Source of the DNA: Candidatus Bathyarchaeia archaeon
GTDB lineage: Archaea; Thermoproteota; Bathyarchaeia; Bathyarchaeales; Bathycorpusculaceae
DNA: 64,000 nt
Assembly (NCBI GenBank): GCA_050010755.1
Contig: JBEKKK010000001.1
Coordinates: 1,216,001 to 1,280,000 of the forward strand
Direction of reading: 5' to 3'
Shown here: positions 50,407 to 60,210 of the stretch, piece by piece
How the letters are laid out: every line of letters starts with the position of its first letter
Position numbering within the stretch: position 1 is the first letter of the stretch
Position numbers and translations under genes: made by a program
Notes under the pieces: generated by a model
What the model was told of the DNA's origin: nothing
The model's input: the letters and a program-made list of their open reading frames with translations, nothing else
Database searches by the model: none

Positions 50407-50516
50407 GATTATCGCAGGCCTAACTTGATGTCTATTCTATTAAAATTTTTCTACATCGCGTCGGTGCGAAGAAAAAACTTATCTTAGATCCGGTACAGTA
50501 TTTTCAGAAGGGTGTC

Positions 50517-51092
50517 TTGATGTCGGCTAGAAAGATGGTTCTGTATTTCAGCGGTCCCGGCGAGGTCAACTCTGCTGAGACGCTTAAGGCGGCTAAGGAG
50601 CGGGCTGATGAACTTAATATAAGAGATGTTGTTGTTGCCAGTACGCGGGGGACGACGGGTCTGATGGCCGTCGATCTCTTCAAGGGCTACAACGTCGTGG
50701 TCGTGTCTCACGTCGCAGGCATGAAGGAACCAAACACCAGCGAGCTGGACGACAGGTTTGCAGAGAAGATTAGGGCGCAGGGAGGAAAGATTGTAACGGC
50801 TGCCCACACTTTTTCGGGTGTAAACAGGGCCATCCAAACCAAATTTAACACTGTTTACCCAGCTGGGATAATTGCTCAGACCCTGAGACTTTTCGGTCAA
50901 GGCATGAAGGTCGTGGTCGAGATCACTGCAATGGCTGCAGATGCGGGGGCAATCCCGACGGGCAAAGACGTCATCGCCATAGCGGGTTCGGGAAAAGGCG
51001 CCGACACGGCCGTCGTGATCAAGTCAGCTTCATCTCACAATCTTTTTGACTGCATAGTCAGAGAGATAATTGCCAAACCGAGTTCCACCTGA
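50517..51092 (+). CDS. Pyruvate kinase C-terminal-like archaeal protein
   Basis: YF..PG..N..TL, VVVAST.G.T, TLR.FGQG.KV..EI..MAADAG, G...GADTA. Confidence 0.85.
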   Translation: MMSARKMVLYFSGPGEVNSAETLKAAKERADELNIRDVVVASTRGTTGLMAVDLFKGYNVVVVSHVAGMKEPNTSELDDRFAEKIRAQGGKIVTAAHTFSGVNRAIQTKFNTVYPAGIIAQTLRLFGQGMKVVVEITAMAADAGAIPTGKDVIAIAGSGKGADTAVVIKSASSHNLFDCIVREIIAKPSST

Positions 51093-51515
51093 TATTCTCT
51101 AAAGAGCGTGCTTGCTCTGAGAGTCATGGATGATCCAACTCTATCGAGCTTCTGCGCAAACCTGTCAAGTAACACTCGTCAACAAACTCCCATAAGAGAA
51201 CTTGCTGGCAAGCGCTAACTACCTGTTCTTGACGTTCACTAACTGGAGCATAAAAAAGGAAATTAATTTGGGTTCTTAGGCGGACGTTGGTGTTTGCTGT
51301 GGAGGAGGATCTATCTTCCTTGGCTATCCAAAAGACGTGCCTGAAGCACGGGCACTGCGGTGAAAGAAGAAATAGCCCGTGGTCAATGGATCCAGAAATC
51401 ACTCTAGCTTGTTTAGGCATGGGATCATATAGCATACAAATTCAACCAACAAAGCCCGTCCAACGGTCATGAAAAGGCTTTTATCATTAAATGCTAGACA
51501 ATTGCTGGAGGAAAA

Positions 51516-52187
51516 GTGATGAGTCTAGAATCAAGCAAGAGCTTGGGCGTTGTGGGCGCAATACTGATGCTCTTAGGTGTTTTTTCTTTTGGTATCCCCT
51601 ATATTAGCATCCTCGGACTTGTCGGCTTTATACTAATTCTGGCGGCACTGCACGGTTTAGGTCGCTACTACAATGAAAATGGAATTTTCAGCAATGCAAT
51701 CTACGGCTTCATAATTGGCATAGTGGGCACAGTTGTGACGGCAATAGTTGCAGTCATCGTTGTGCTTTCTAACTTGACCTCTATCGAGAATTTCTTGGTA
51801 CAGATTTTTCCAACTTGGACGAAAGGGGATTGGAGAGCACTCTCTGGAATGAGACCTACAATTCCTTCAAGCATTGACTGGTCACCATTGGGACCTCTAA
51901 TTGCTGGACTCGTAGCGGCCTTCGTTATCTTTGTTGTCTTCGCGGTGGTCTCAGCCTACTTCTTCCGACGCTCGTTTAAGTTGCTCTCAGTAAAATCAAC
52001 AGTTGGATTATTCTCAACTGCCGGACTGCTGCTGCTGATAGGTGCAGCGCTGTTGATTGCAGCGTTAATTCCCGGTGTAATCGTGATTTGGATAGCAATT
52101 CTCTTACTGGCAATTGCCTTCTTCCAGATGCAACCTATGCAGGCGTCCACGATGACAACAGCTCCTGCTCCGTCCAAACCAGCTTAG
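51516..52187 (+). CDS. DUF996-like membrane protein
   Basis: K.LG.VGAIL..L...LGLVGFILIL.AL..L..YY....IF.NA pattern; multi-TM. Confidence 0.75.
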   Translation: MMSLESSKSLGVVGAILMLLGVFSFGIPYISILGLVGFILILAALHGLGRYYNENGIFSNAIYGFIIGIVGTVVTAIVAVIVVLSNLTSIENFLVQIFPTWTKGDWRALSGMRPTIPSSIDWSPLGPLIAGLVAAFVIFVVFAVVSAYFFRRSFKLLSVKSTVGLFSTAGLLLLIGAALLIAALIPGVIVIWIAILLLAIAFFQMQPMQASTMTTAPAPSKPA

Positions 52188-52501
52188 AGCCAAAAACAAT
52201 CTCATTTTTTTCTCTTTTTGCTAGCAAGCACGCACGCTCCACCGCCGCGAAAAAAAAAAACGGTCTATTTCCTTGCAGCCAACAAGTGGTAAATAGCGGT
52301 CGGGGGTAGGATGGAAAAACCAACTGGTCCCAGCGACAAATCAAAAGTGCTATTTGATTCGTCGCGCGCGCTCTCTTCTATCCAAGCCTAATTGGCACTT
52401 ATTGTGAATGGAGGGGCTAAGAATATAGACCAAAACAGCAAAGATGTTCTTGGAAAGCACTTTTAGGCTGCACGCGCTATTATCTTGGATTCTGTCGTTT
52501 C

Positions 52502-53605
52502 TTACTTTGTCTCTTCGAGTTTTTGTGGAAGATATTCGTCGACGATGTAGGTTAGGCCGTATCTGCTGAAGGCCTCTTGTTCGGCCTTTCTCTTGATTTT
52601 CATGAAAGTCTTTATTTCTCTTCGCCAGAGCGGATCCTTGTATCGCGGGTCTTTCTGCAGTTCGTAGAGGCGTTTCATGTCCATCTCGTCTAACGGGTCG
52701 GTCGGCAACTTGTAGTTGACAATGTCTGTGGCCCACACTCCGCTCCATTTTGCGTCTGGGGTGTTGAGTTCTCTCAGGTGTGCAGCGTTGGCGGAGCCTG
52801 AGATTATGACCATGGCTATGTGCATTCCCCAGGGGTCTCCATCCGTGAAAATGTAGACGGGGAGGTTGAGTTCTTCGCTTAGCCTTCTGATGAAGCGTCT
52901 GGTCGCTCTGGGTGCTTGTCCAGCCGTCATGACTAGGAGGGAGTTGTATTTTTTGTGGACGTTTTCCTCTATGAACCGCGTGAACAGGCCGCCTTTCTCT
53001 ATTGCTATGACTTTGTCTGCCGAGGTTCGTACAAATTCTGAGGAGGTCAATGCTGGGCCGATTAGTACGCCGTCTGGGTGGGAGGTTAGGTCAAGGGTTT
53101 TTCCTTCGTATCCGGGCACGGTGTATTCTATTGTCAGGTCGCCGAAAACGGCTGAGCGTTCTTCGGGGAAGATGTTGAAATCTTCTCTTGAGAAGCCAAG
53201 TATGGTTTCTAGGTCTGTTATGATGTTGTTGGATTCCTGTTGATCTTTGAAGGTCATTTCATAGGCTTGGGCGGAATAGTACACGTCCCTGAGGGTTGAG
53301 GTCTTGCGCTGCGAGGAGAGTTCATTAGAGAACAGGGCGGCCCACACGAGTTGAGTGAACGGTTTCAAGTGTCGGATGTTCCGCACGTTTCTTCGAACCC
53401 TTCTGTCGCCCAGGATGAATTGTCTAAGCTGCTCATCATAGGCGATGTTGTCCGTCGATCGGCTGGGCATGTCTAGTGAAGGGAAATTTCCCTTGTCCAT
53501 TTGATCGTAGATGCTCGCCCCAAGATCTTCTAGGCCCTTCAGAACCTCTTTCTTTCTCTCCAGTATACTGCTCTTATGCTTCTTCGGCCCCATACTTTTG
53601 CACAC
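52502..53605 (-). CDS. top6A: DNA topoisomerase VI subunit A
   Basis: TLRDVYY catalytic Tyr, IEKGG, FTDGDPWG Toprim motif, KAEQEA. Confidence 0.96.
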   Translation of the reverse strand: MCKSMGPKKHKSSILERKKEVLKGLEDLGASIYDQMDKGNFPSLDMPSRSTDNIAYDEQLRQFILGDRRVRRNVRNIRHLKPFTQLVWAALFSNELSSQRKTSTLRDVYYSAQAYEMTFKDQQESNNIITDLETILGFSREDFNIFPEERSAVFGDLTIEYTVPGYEGKTLDLTSHPDGVLIGPALTSSEFVRTSADKVIAIEKGGLFTRFIEENVHKKYNSLLVMTAGQAPRATRRFIRRLSEELNLPVYIFTDGDPWGMHIAMVIISGSANAAHLRELNTPDAKWSGVWATDIVNYKLPTDPLDEMDMKRLYELQKDPRYKDPLWRREIKTFMKIKRKAEQEAFSRYGLTYIVDEYLPQKLEETK

Positions 53606-55100
53606 TCGTCAATAATTTCTCTATGTCAGGTGGTTTTTCTCTGCCTGCTAGTTGAGTTGAAAACTGAGCTATTTTCGGAAGGTACTTGTTGAAGATACCC
53701 AGTCTTTTGCGTTCTCTGTCTACGTGTTCTCTTTTTGACAGGAAATGCTGGATTTGACGCGCAACTTCGCGCAGTCCGTTTGCTATTTCCCTTCTGACCT
53801 CAGGCCTGTCGGCTATGAACTCTTTTCCAACGGTCTTGTAGGGCACCTTCGTGCTGCAGATGTGCACCAGTATTGCGACCGGCATTTCGGGCATGACTCG
53901 GTATCTGCGCCAATTCATTGCCGTTATGACTCTGAACGAAACGTCGTTCGCCTCGTCGTACAGCAAAGGTATTCTATTCGCGAAACGATATACGAGGAAG
54001 ACTCCTTTCTTGGGAATCTCTCCGCCGTAGGCGATGCCGACTTCTACGATGAAGGGGTGGCCAGAATACGTTGAGGGTTTGCGCTGGTGGACGGCAACGA
54101 ACTCGGGTTTTAACTCCTTCACTACACCCGCTTTCATAAGGTCTTCGCCCAGAGGTGACAGACAGCTTGCGTCCGGCGGCAGAAACTCCCTGAACCTCTT
54201 GAGCATGTGCATGAGTCTGACGATTTCTTCGTGGGAAAGCTTCTTCGGGTTCTTGGATGGGCTTATGGTGCTGAATTCCAGAAACTTTCGTGCGGTGATG
54301 TCGCCCACTCTGTGGAAGTGAAACCTCAAGAACTCGTTCATGCTCTTGTAAGGCGTGATCTGTATGAGCCTTTGAAGAAGTTCCACGTCTACGCCATACG
54401 GATGCGGCAGTGTCTCTTTCGGCGGCGGGGGCATGTCCTTTGTGATTCTGGTGAACTTGTAGAGTCTTCCTTTCGGATCCACGAAGGTGAGGTTTGCGTA
54501 GGGGTTAACCATCGCCGTCTGCTTGAAATAGTCCAGGATTTTGGGCATCGCCCTGAAATAGTCTCCTTCGAGAGTGAACTCGACAATCGTGCCCCTCCAC
54601 GCTTCCTTGTTGATGAGGACTTTTCTGTCCACTATCAAGGGGCGGTTTCTCTGAATGTCAATCATTAGTTTGTACATGTACGTCTTCGAAATTCCCGTGC
54701 TCGACCAGATGGTAGCAGGCTGATGCGTCGTAATCTGGCCATACAGAATGGCCATTTTTCCGCCTAAGCCGAACGTGCCCCTTTGCTGCTTCAGCTTGTA
54801 TTTTGAACCGAAAAGAATCTGCCCGAAGGCTGAGGGAATGTGTCTCGGAGGAACCCCTATTCCGTTGTCTTCAACGCGCAACTTGTAAATCTGCGTGTCC
54901 TGGCTGGCCTCGCCCTCATAGGACAAGCGAACATAAACGTCAGGTGGAATCTGGTGGCTCTCAGCCGCGTCCAGAGAGTTCTCAACAAGCTCCCTCACGG
55001 CCACGAAGATGGCTCTTGAAGGGTTAGTAAACCCTGCGATATCCCTGTTCCTGTAGAAAAAGTCAGCAGCGCTTATCTCTTCAAACGTTTGTTGAGCCAC
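53574..55100 (-). CDS. top6B: DNA topoisomerase VI subunit B
   Basis: ELVENSLDA, EDNG.G, FGSKY..QQRG.FGLG, RFANRIPLL. Confidence 0.97.
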   Translation of the reverse strand: MAQQTFEEISAADFFYRNRDIAGFTNPSRAIFVAVRELVENSLDAAESHQIPPDVYVRLSYEGEASQDTQIYKLRVEDNGIGVPPRHIPSAFGQILFGSKYKLKQQRGTFGLGGKMAILYGQITTHQPATIWSSTGISKTYMYKLMIDIQRNRPLIVDRKVLINKEAWRGTIVEFTLEGDYFRAMPKILDYFKQTAMVNPYANLTFVDPKGRLYKFTRITKDMPPPPKETLPHPYGVDVELLQRLIQITPYKSMNEFLRFHFHRVGDITARKFLEFSTISPSKNPKKLSHEEIVRLMHMLKRFREFLPPDASCLSPLGEDLMKAGVVKELKPEFVAVHQRKPSTYSGHPFIVEVGIAYGGEIPKKGVFLVYRFANRIPLLYDEANDVSFRVITAMNWRRYRVMPEMPVAILVHICSTKVPYKTVGKEFIADRPEVRREIANGLREVARQIQHFLSKREHVDRERKRLGIFNKYLPKIAQFSTQLAGREKPPDIEKLLTSVQKYGAEEA

Positions 55101-55189
55101 TTAAGCCTTCCCAGCCCTCTCCGTTTCCAGATTGCCTCTATCATATACTCTGCTCATTCTTTAACTTAACTACGTCAAACAGAGAGACT

Positions 55190-55618
55190 TCATTTTCTGT
55201 ACGGAAAAGGAAGCAACTCTTCTAATTTTCTGATGTTAACAGTCTCCTTCAGAATCTTTCCTTTTTCTGCTTTAGCCATGACGACTTTTATCTGCGGGTT
55301 CACTGAAAAATCGGAGATGTATTGTAGGCACGCGCCGCATGGTCTGGGTTCGCCCCCTGAATTGGCATTCATGACTACTGCTAGTTCCTTGATCTTTCGA
55401 TTTCCATTCAGAACAGCGTGGTTGATGGCACATCTCTCAGCGCAGGTGCCCAGTCCTGAAACCCAGCTTTCGACGTTGCATCCCTCGTAAACTTGCCCAT
55501 CCTCTGCTAGAACGGCGGCGCCGACCTTGAACCCCCAAAGCACATACGCACTGTTCAAGGCAGTCAATGAGGCCTCTAACAGTTTTTTCTCTGTTTTGCC
55601 GATTTTCAGCGCGGTCAT
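55190..55618 (-). CDS. cdd: Cytidine deaminase
   Basis: FKVGAAV, GCNVE, CAER, PCGAC, ELLP. Confidence 0.9.
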   Translation of the reverse strand: MTALKIGKTEKKLLEASLTALNSAYVLWGFKVGAAVLAEDGQVYEGCNVESWVSGLGTCAERCAINHAVLNGNRKIKELAVVMNANSGGEPRPCGACLQYISDFSVNPQIKVVMAKAEKGKILKETVNIRKLEELLPFPYRK

Positions 55619-55628
55619 CTCGTTCGCC

Positions 55629-57416
55629 CTATCTTTTATGTCTGCGCACGTAATAGTATTCGCCTATTTGTTTTTGAAACTTGTCGAGTTTTGATCCTTC
55701 TTTGTTGACTCTGGGCCTTTTGGTGGCAGGGTCTCTTCTGAACGTAACTTGCATGTCCTTCAGAAAAAGGTTCATTCCCTTTCGCAGACTCGTCGGCGGG
55801 TTAGCCACACCGCTAACGCCGGGCTCTCCCATGAAGACCATAAGATGATCGGCTATGAAGTCCTGTGTGACGACATCGTGTTCAACTACGAAGGCTGTCA
55901 CGTTGCGGTTTTCAACGACTCTTCGGATAGTCTTCGCCATGTTCAGTCTCTCTTCAACATCCAAGTAGGCGCTCGGCTCGTCCAGCAGGTAAAGATCAGC
56001 CTTGCGTGAGAGACAAGCCGCGATGGCCACTTTCTGCAGCTCTCCGCCACTGAGCTCCATAACGTTTCTGTCGAACAGGAGATTCGCCTTCAGAGGTTGC
56101 AGGATTTCTGTTCTGTACCAGCCTGAACTGAACTCGTCTTTGGCCACGCTCATGAGAAGCTCCTGAACCGTACCCTCATAATCCGCTGAAATGTACTGAG
56201 GCTTGTAGCTGACGTTCAGTTTGCCGAATTCTCTCTCGTCATCAGCCTTTTCAATTCCGGCCAATATTTTTATGAAAGTTGTCTTCCCAATGCCGTTAGC
56301 TCCTAATATCCCGATTATTTCTCCTCTCTTGATTTCGCCAGGCTTGACCTCAAGCTTGAACCCTTCGAACGTTTTCTCCAGTTGTTCCCAAATTAGCATG
56401 GTTTCTCCAGCCTCAGCGCTGACAGTTGGGGGTTTCTCATGAAATACTATGGATTCCTTCCTGAAACGAACGTTTTCGTCTGGAATGTAGCCTTGCAGGT
56501 AAATGTTTATGCCTGTTCTGACTCCGTGGACGCTTGAGACGACTCCGTAGACGCCCGGTTCACCGTAGAACAGACAAACCTGGTCTGACAAATAATCAAT
56601 TATTGCCAAGTCATGCTCGGCGATGATTATCGTTTTTTGATCGTTCTTCAGGCTTCTTATCGTCTTCGCCACTTCAAGCCTCTGTTTTACGTCCAAGTAG
56701 CTTGACGGCTCATCGAACATGTACACGTCTGCCTCGCGACAGATCGCAGCGGTCACCGCAACACGTTGCAGTTCTCCACCGCTCAGCACGTTTAGAGGAC
56801 GATTCCAGACCTGCTTGAGTTCAAGCTGCTCGGCAATCTTGTCCAAGGTCTTCCTTTCATCTACTTTTTCAAGTAGTTCGCCGACCTTTCCAGAGATGGC
56901 CTTGGGCAGCTTGTCCACATACTGCGGTTTGTGCGAGACTCTCAGCTTTCCCTCCGCCATTTTCTGAAAATACTCCTGCAGGATAGAGCCCCTGAAATGC
57001 TGAAAAATTTGGTTCCAGTCAGGCGGGTTCTCGTAATTTCCAAGATTCATCTTGATTTCTCCAGATAGCAGTTTGAGAGCTGTCGTCTTGCCTATTCCGT
57101 TCTGCCCCAACAGGCCCAGCACCAAGCCAGGCGAAGGCGTCGGCAACCTGTAAAGCTTGAAGGTGTTTTCTCCGAAACGGAAACTGCAGTCTTTTTCAAG
57201 CTCGTCAGGAAGATTAACTATAGACAGGGCTTTGAAGGGACACTTCTTCACGCATATTCCGCATCCCGTGCACAGGGACTCGACGATCACCGCCCTGTCA
57301 TTCTCAAAGCGCACTGCCTCTATCTTGCTCCGCACGATGGGGCAAAAACGATAGCATACCCTACTGCAACGTTTAGACTTGCACTTATCGGCCTCTAACA
57401 CGGCGACTCTAGTCAT
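55629..57416 (-). CDS. Ribosome recycling ATPase ABCE1/RLI
   Basis: N-terminal 2x[4Fe-4S] cysteines, two NBDs with G.NGIGKTT and LSGGELQ, FRRD....RPRVNK. Confidence 0.97.
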   Translation of the reverse strand: MTRVAVLEADKCKSKRCSRVCYRFCPIVRSKIEAVRFENDRAVIVESLCTGCGICVKKCPFKALSIVNLPDELEKDCSFRFGENTFKLYRLPTPSPGLVLGLLGQNGIGKTTALKLLSGEIKMNLGNYENPPDWNQIFQHFRGSILQEYFQKMAEGKLRVSHKPQYVDKLPKAISGKVGELLEKVDERKTLDKIAEQLELKQVWNRPLNVLSGGELQRVAVTAAICREADVYMFDEPSSYLDVKQRLEVAKTIRSLKNDQKTIIIAEHDLAIIDYLSDQVCLFYGEPGVYGVVSSVHGVRTGINIYLQGYIPDENVRFRKESIVFHEKPPTVSAEAGETMLIWEQLEKTFEGFKLEVKPGEIKRGEIIGILGANGIGKTTFIKILAGIEKADDEREFGKLNVSYKPQYISADYEGTVQELLMSVAKDEFSSGWYRTEILQPLKANLLFDRNVMELSGGELQKVAIAACLSRKADLYLLDEPSAYLDVEERLNMAKTIRRVVENRNVTAFVVEHDVVTQDFIADHLMVFMGEPGVSGVANPPTSLRKGMNLFLKDMQVTFRRDPATKRPRVNKEGSKLDKFQKQIGEYYYVRRHKR

Positions 57417-57542
57417 TGCAACCCGACAGTCAATGCTCTTTGCTTGTTGGTTATAAACGTGAACCTCATGAAACCGCTATAAACATCCAAGAAAAGCTCT
57501 GATAAAAGAAAGAACAAAAAAAAGTCACCTTGGCTGAAGTCC

Positions 57543-57617
57543 TTACCACTCTTCTTCCTCAAAATCCTCTTCCTCATCCCAGTCTTCTTCTTCAGTATCT
57601 TCTTCCTCATCTATCAC
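57543..57617 (-). CDS. Putative ultra-acidic micropeptide (24 aa; 29 aa from ATG 57632)
   Basis: GGAGGTGA RBS 5 nt before GTG; MIDEEEDTEEEDWDEEEDFEEEEW*; T-rich tract downstream. Confidence 0.6.
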   Translation of the reverse strand: MIDEEEDTEEEDWDEEEDFEEEEW

Positions 57618-57733
57618 CTTTTTCACCTCCATGCAAATCGAATTGCATAGTGAGAACATGCTCGCGATCCTTAAGCATTGTTATACGTCAGTTGTCGAGA
57701 ATAAGAAAGGAGATAAACATACGTCGGCTCATT

Positions 57734-58705
57734 TTACAGATGTTCTTTCACAATCTTAGCCGTCAGCGACGCTTCGGGTCCTTTCATATCTGGAGTAACG
57801 TAGGCCCAGCACATGTTCGGCGAACTGTGGGCTGCACCTATTCTTCCATGCGTGTCAATAGCAATCAGCCCCATCGCATTGTAAATATTCGGCATTCTGG
57901 TGTTCACGAGCCTTATCGCTTTCTCAGCGGCCTCTTGGGCCGTTTTTCCGGTTTCCATGCAATCGCAAACCGCCTTTGCCAGAACCAGCCTAATCGCAAG
58001 CTCACCGACGCCTGTAGTTGAACAAGCACCAGTCAAGTTGTCAGCATAAGTCCCACAGCCAATCAACGGAGAATCTCCGATCCTGCCCGGAAGCTTCAAC
58101 GGGAACCCCCCTGTCGACGTAGCAGCAGCCACGTTTCCCTCATCGTCCATAGCAACAGCGCCCACAGTGCCCAGAGTGAAAAGCTCCGGATGATCCCTAA
58201 CCATGTTAGCAAGCTTCGGAAGCTCAGACTTTCCTTCTAGCAGAGCGTTCTTCTGTTGCTCATAATACTTCAGTCTCAGCTCGGTTACGGGGTTGCGTCT
58301 CTCGAGATGCTCAAGATTTGCCAACTTTTCCGCACCTTCGCCCACCACAAAAACATGGTCGGTCTTCTCCATGACCACCTTTGCCAAGCGAACAGGGTTC
58401 CTCAGGTCTCGCAACAACCCAACGGCGCCAGCCTGAAGAGTCTTTCCATCCATTATCGAAGCTTCCATCTCCACCTTTTTCTCCAAGTTCAGGCTGGAAC
58501 CATGTCCCGCGTTGAACACCCCATCATCCTCCATGCTCGCAACGGCCTCCATCACACCGTCCACGGCACTTCCACCTCTCTTCAAGACGCCGAACCCCAC
58601 CTCAGCAGCTCTCTTCACACCCTCAACGCCAGGTTGACTACGCTCCGGCTGCCATGTCCCAGCTCCACCATGAACAACCATCGTTGGCTTCCGCGCTCTC
58701 TTCAT
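57734..58705 (-). CDS. Isoaspartyl peptidase / plant-type L-asparaginase (Ntn hydrolase)
   Basis: VHGGAG, FNAG.G, GTVGAVA, AATSTGG, GRIGDSP..G.G. Confidence 0.93.
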   Translation of the reverse strand: MKRARKPTMVVHGGAGTWQPERSQPGVEGVKRAAEVGFGVLKRGGSAVDGVMEAVASMEDDGVFNAGHGSSLNLEKKVEMEASIMDGKTLQAGAVGLLRDLRNPVRLAKVVMEKTDHVFVVGEGAEKLANLEHLERRNPVTELRLKYYEQQKNALLEGKSELPKLANMVRDHPELFTLGTVGAVAMDDEGNVAAATSTGGFPLKLPGRIGDSPLIGCGTYADNLTGACSTTGVGELAIRLVLAKAVCDCMETGKTAQEAAEKAIRLVNTRMPNIYNAMGLIAIDTHGRIGAAHSSPNMCWAYVTPDMKGPEASLTAKIVKEHL

Positions 58706-58812
58706 CTCTCAATCACTTTCAATATGGACGTTGAACACGTCCGATTCGAATTTAAGCCTAACGCCATCAGAACGGTCAAAATGGATAAATCTGCGCATTT
58801 GGATACTACATC

Positions 58813-58878
58813 TGGGATGATGTGAGGCGACGGCTGAGAGCCACTGGCAATGAAGGAGCCATTTACGCACACTGACCA
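58813..58878 (+). ncRNA. Candidate box C/D guide sRNA
   Basis: C ATGATGT (58817), D' CTGA (58834), C' ATGAAGG (58850), D CTGA (58872); TGG/CCA closing pairs; GCCA-C-TGGC inverted repeat between D' and C'. Confidence 0.6.
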
Positions 58879-58958
58879 AAAATCACGATGAAAGTTCGGC
58901 CCTTCTTCGAAACGCTAAATTGCTCTAGAAAATATATAGCGTGTGGGTGGAGGAACCT

Positions 58959-59483
58959 ATGCTTAAAGAATTCAACATTTTGGCCACCACTTCACGTGGA
59001 TACGAGAAGTACGCCCGCTCCGAACTGCGTTTCCTCTTTGAAAAAATAGGAGACGCTTCACCCGCAATTGAAAGAACAGGCGTCTCCGGCCTCATCGCAG
59101 TTAAGACGAACATGGATACTATCGAAGCCATCAGACAGCTCCGTGCCTTACTGCAGCAGAGTCCTTACGAATTCCGATTCACACTCAGGATAATACCGAT
59201 TGAAAAAATCGTCCCCACGGAACTGGAAATGATTCAGCAGGCAGTCACAGAACTCAGCTCCAAAATCGACGAAAAAGAAACCTTCCGGGTGACAGTCGAA
59301 AAACGCTTCACCACAACACACAGCAAAGAGATAATCGAAAAAGTTGCAGTAAGCATCAAGAGAAAAGTCAACTTAACCAACCCAGACAAGATAGTCCTAA
59401 TCGAAATCATCGGCAGCATCACCGGCGTCTCAGTGCTGAACCCACAAGACATCGTGTCAGTGCAGAAGGAAAAACTCCTCTAA
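58959..59483 (+). CDS. THUMP-domain RNA-binding protein
   Basis: ETFRVTVEKR, KVNLTNPDKIV.IEI.G. Confidence 0.9.
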   Translation: MLKEFNILATTSRGYEKYARSELRFLFEKIGDASPAIERTGVSGLIAVKTNMDTIEAIRQLRALLQQSPYEFRFTLRIIPIEKIVPTELEMIQQAVTELSSKIDEKETFRVTVEKRFTTTHSKEIIEKVAVSIKRKVNLTNPDKIVLIEIIGSITGVSVLNPQDIVSVQKEKLL

Positions 59484-59485
59484 AA

Positions 59486-60052
59486 TCAGCGCCTAGTAGC
59501 CAACAGCGCTACCCGCTCCACGACAAGATCAACAAGCGCCTTCTCCAAGTCCTCTCCTTCCATGACCGTTGCCAACTCCACGTCCAAAATGTCAAAAGCT
59601 CTCTTGATTCTCTCTATCTTCTCCCCTGAAAGCTCAAGAACCGAATCGGCACGCTGCCCACCAACGCGCCTCGAAACTTTTGCCAACGCCTCTTGCACAA
59701 CTTTGGCATTACCTCCGACTATCAGAATTGCAATGGTCCGCGACGCGGGTTTGATGCCGAGAAGCCGAGTAGCTTTCTGGATTTGTCTTCGGCCAGCTGC
59801 GTAAAGCATAGCTTCCATCACGACACTCTTGGAGAGGTTCTCCCCATTCTTGAACGCTGTAAGCGCGTTCAACAATGCAAAGTACAGATGCTGCCAGGTG
59901 GCGACAAGATCTGCATCAAAAAATTGCAGTTCCACATCCGAGGGCTTGTCCCTCCTTGCTGCCTTCAAAAGCGCTTCAATGTCGTTGACTTCAACGTCCC
60001 TGAAACCCACTATTTCGCAGCTCTTTCTAAACTCCTTAACATAAGCCCGCAC
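59486..60052 (-). CDS. cgi121: KEOPS complex subunit Cgi121
   Basis: QFFDA..VA...HL..A..NA, E.MLYAAG.RQI.KA...LG. Confidence 0.87.
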   Translation of the reverse strand: MRAYVKEFRKSCEIVGFRDVEVNDIEALLKAARRDKPSDVELQFFDADLVATWQHLYFALLNALTAFKNGENLSKSVVMEAMLYAAGRRQIQKATRLLGIKPASRTIAILIVGGNAKVVQEALAKVSRRVGGQRADSVLELSGEKIERIKRAFDILDVELATVMEGEDLEKALVDLVVERVALLATRR

Positions 60053-60210
60053 GGTTCTTCCTCAATGAATTTTCAACAACCCTCAACCTTTTCGACCATA
60101 TCAACAATATCCCGACTTCCACAGCCTAGCATAAAGCTTCTCGCCGCCATCCATCGCATTCACGACAGCACGCGCTTCTCCTTAGTCTCCCGAGGTACTC
60201 ATTATTTAGC

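Noticed and set aside
51124-51472. ORFs 51124-51435 (-) and 51287-51472 (+)
   Set aside because: No recognisable motif, RBS or protein-like composition; left uncalled.
57413-57610. 65-aa Lys/Arg-rich ORF in the track
   Set aside because: Alternative frame of the acidic micropeptide; the SD spacing supports the GTG at 57617 instead.
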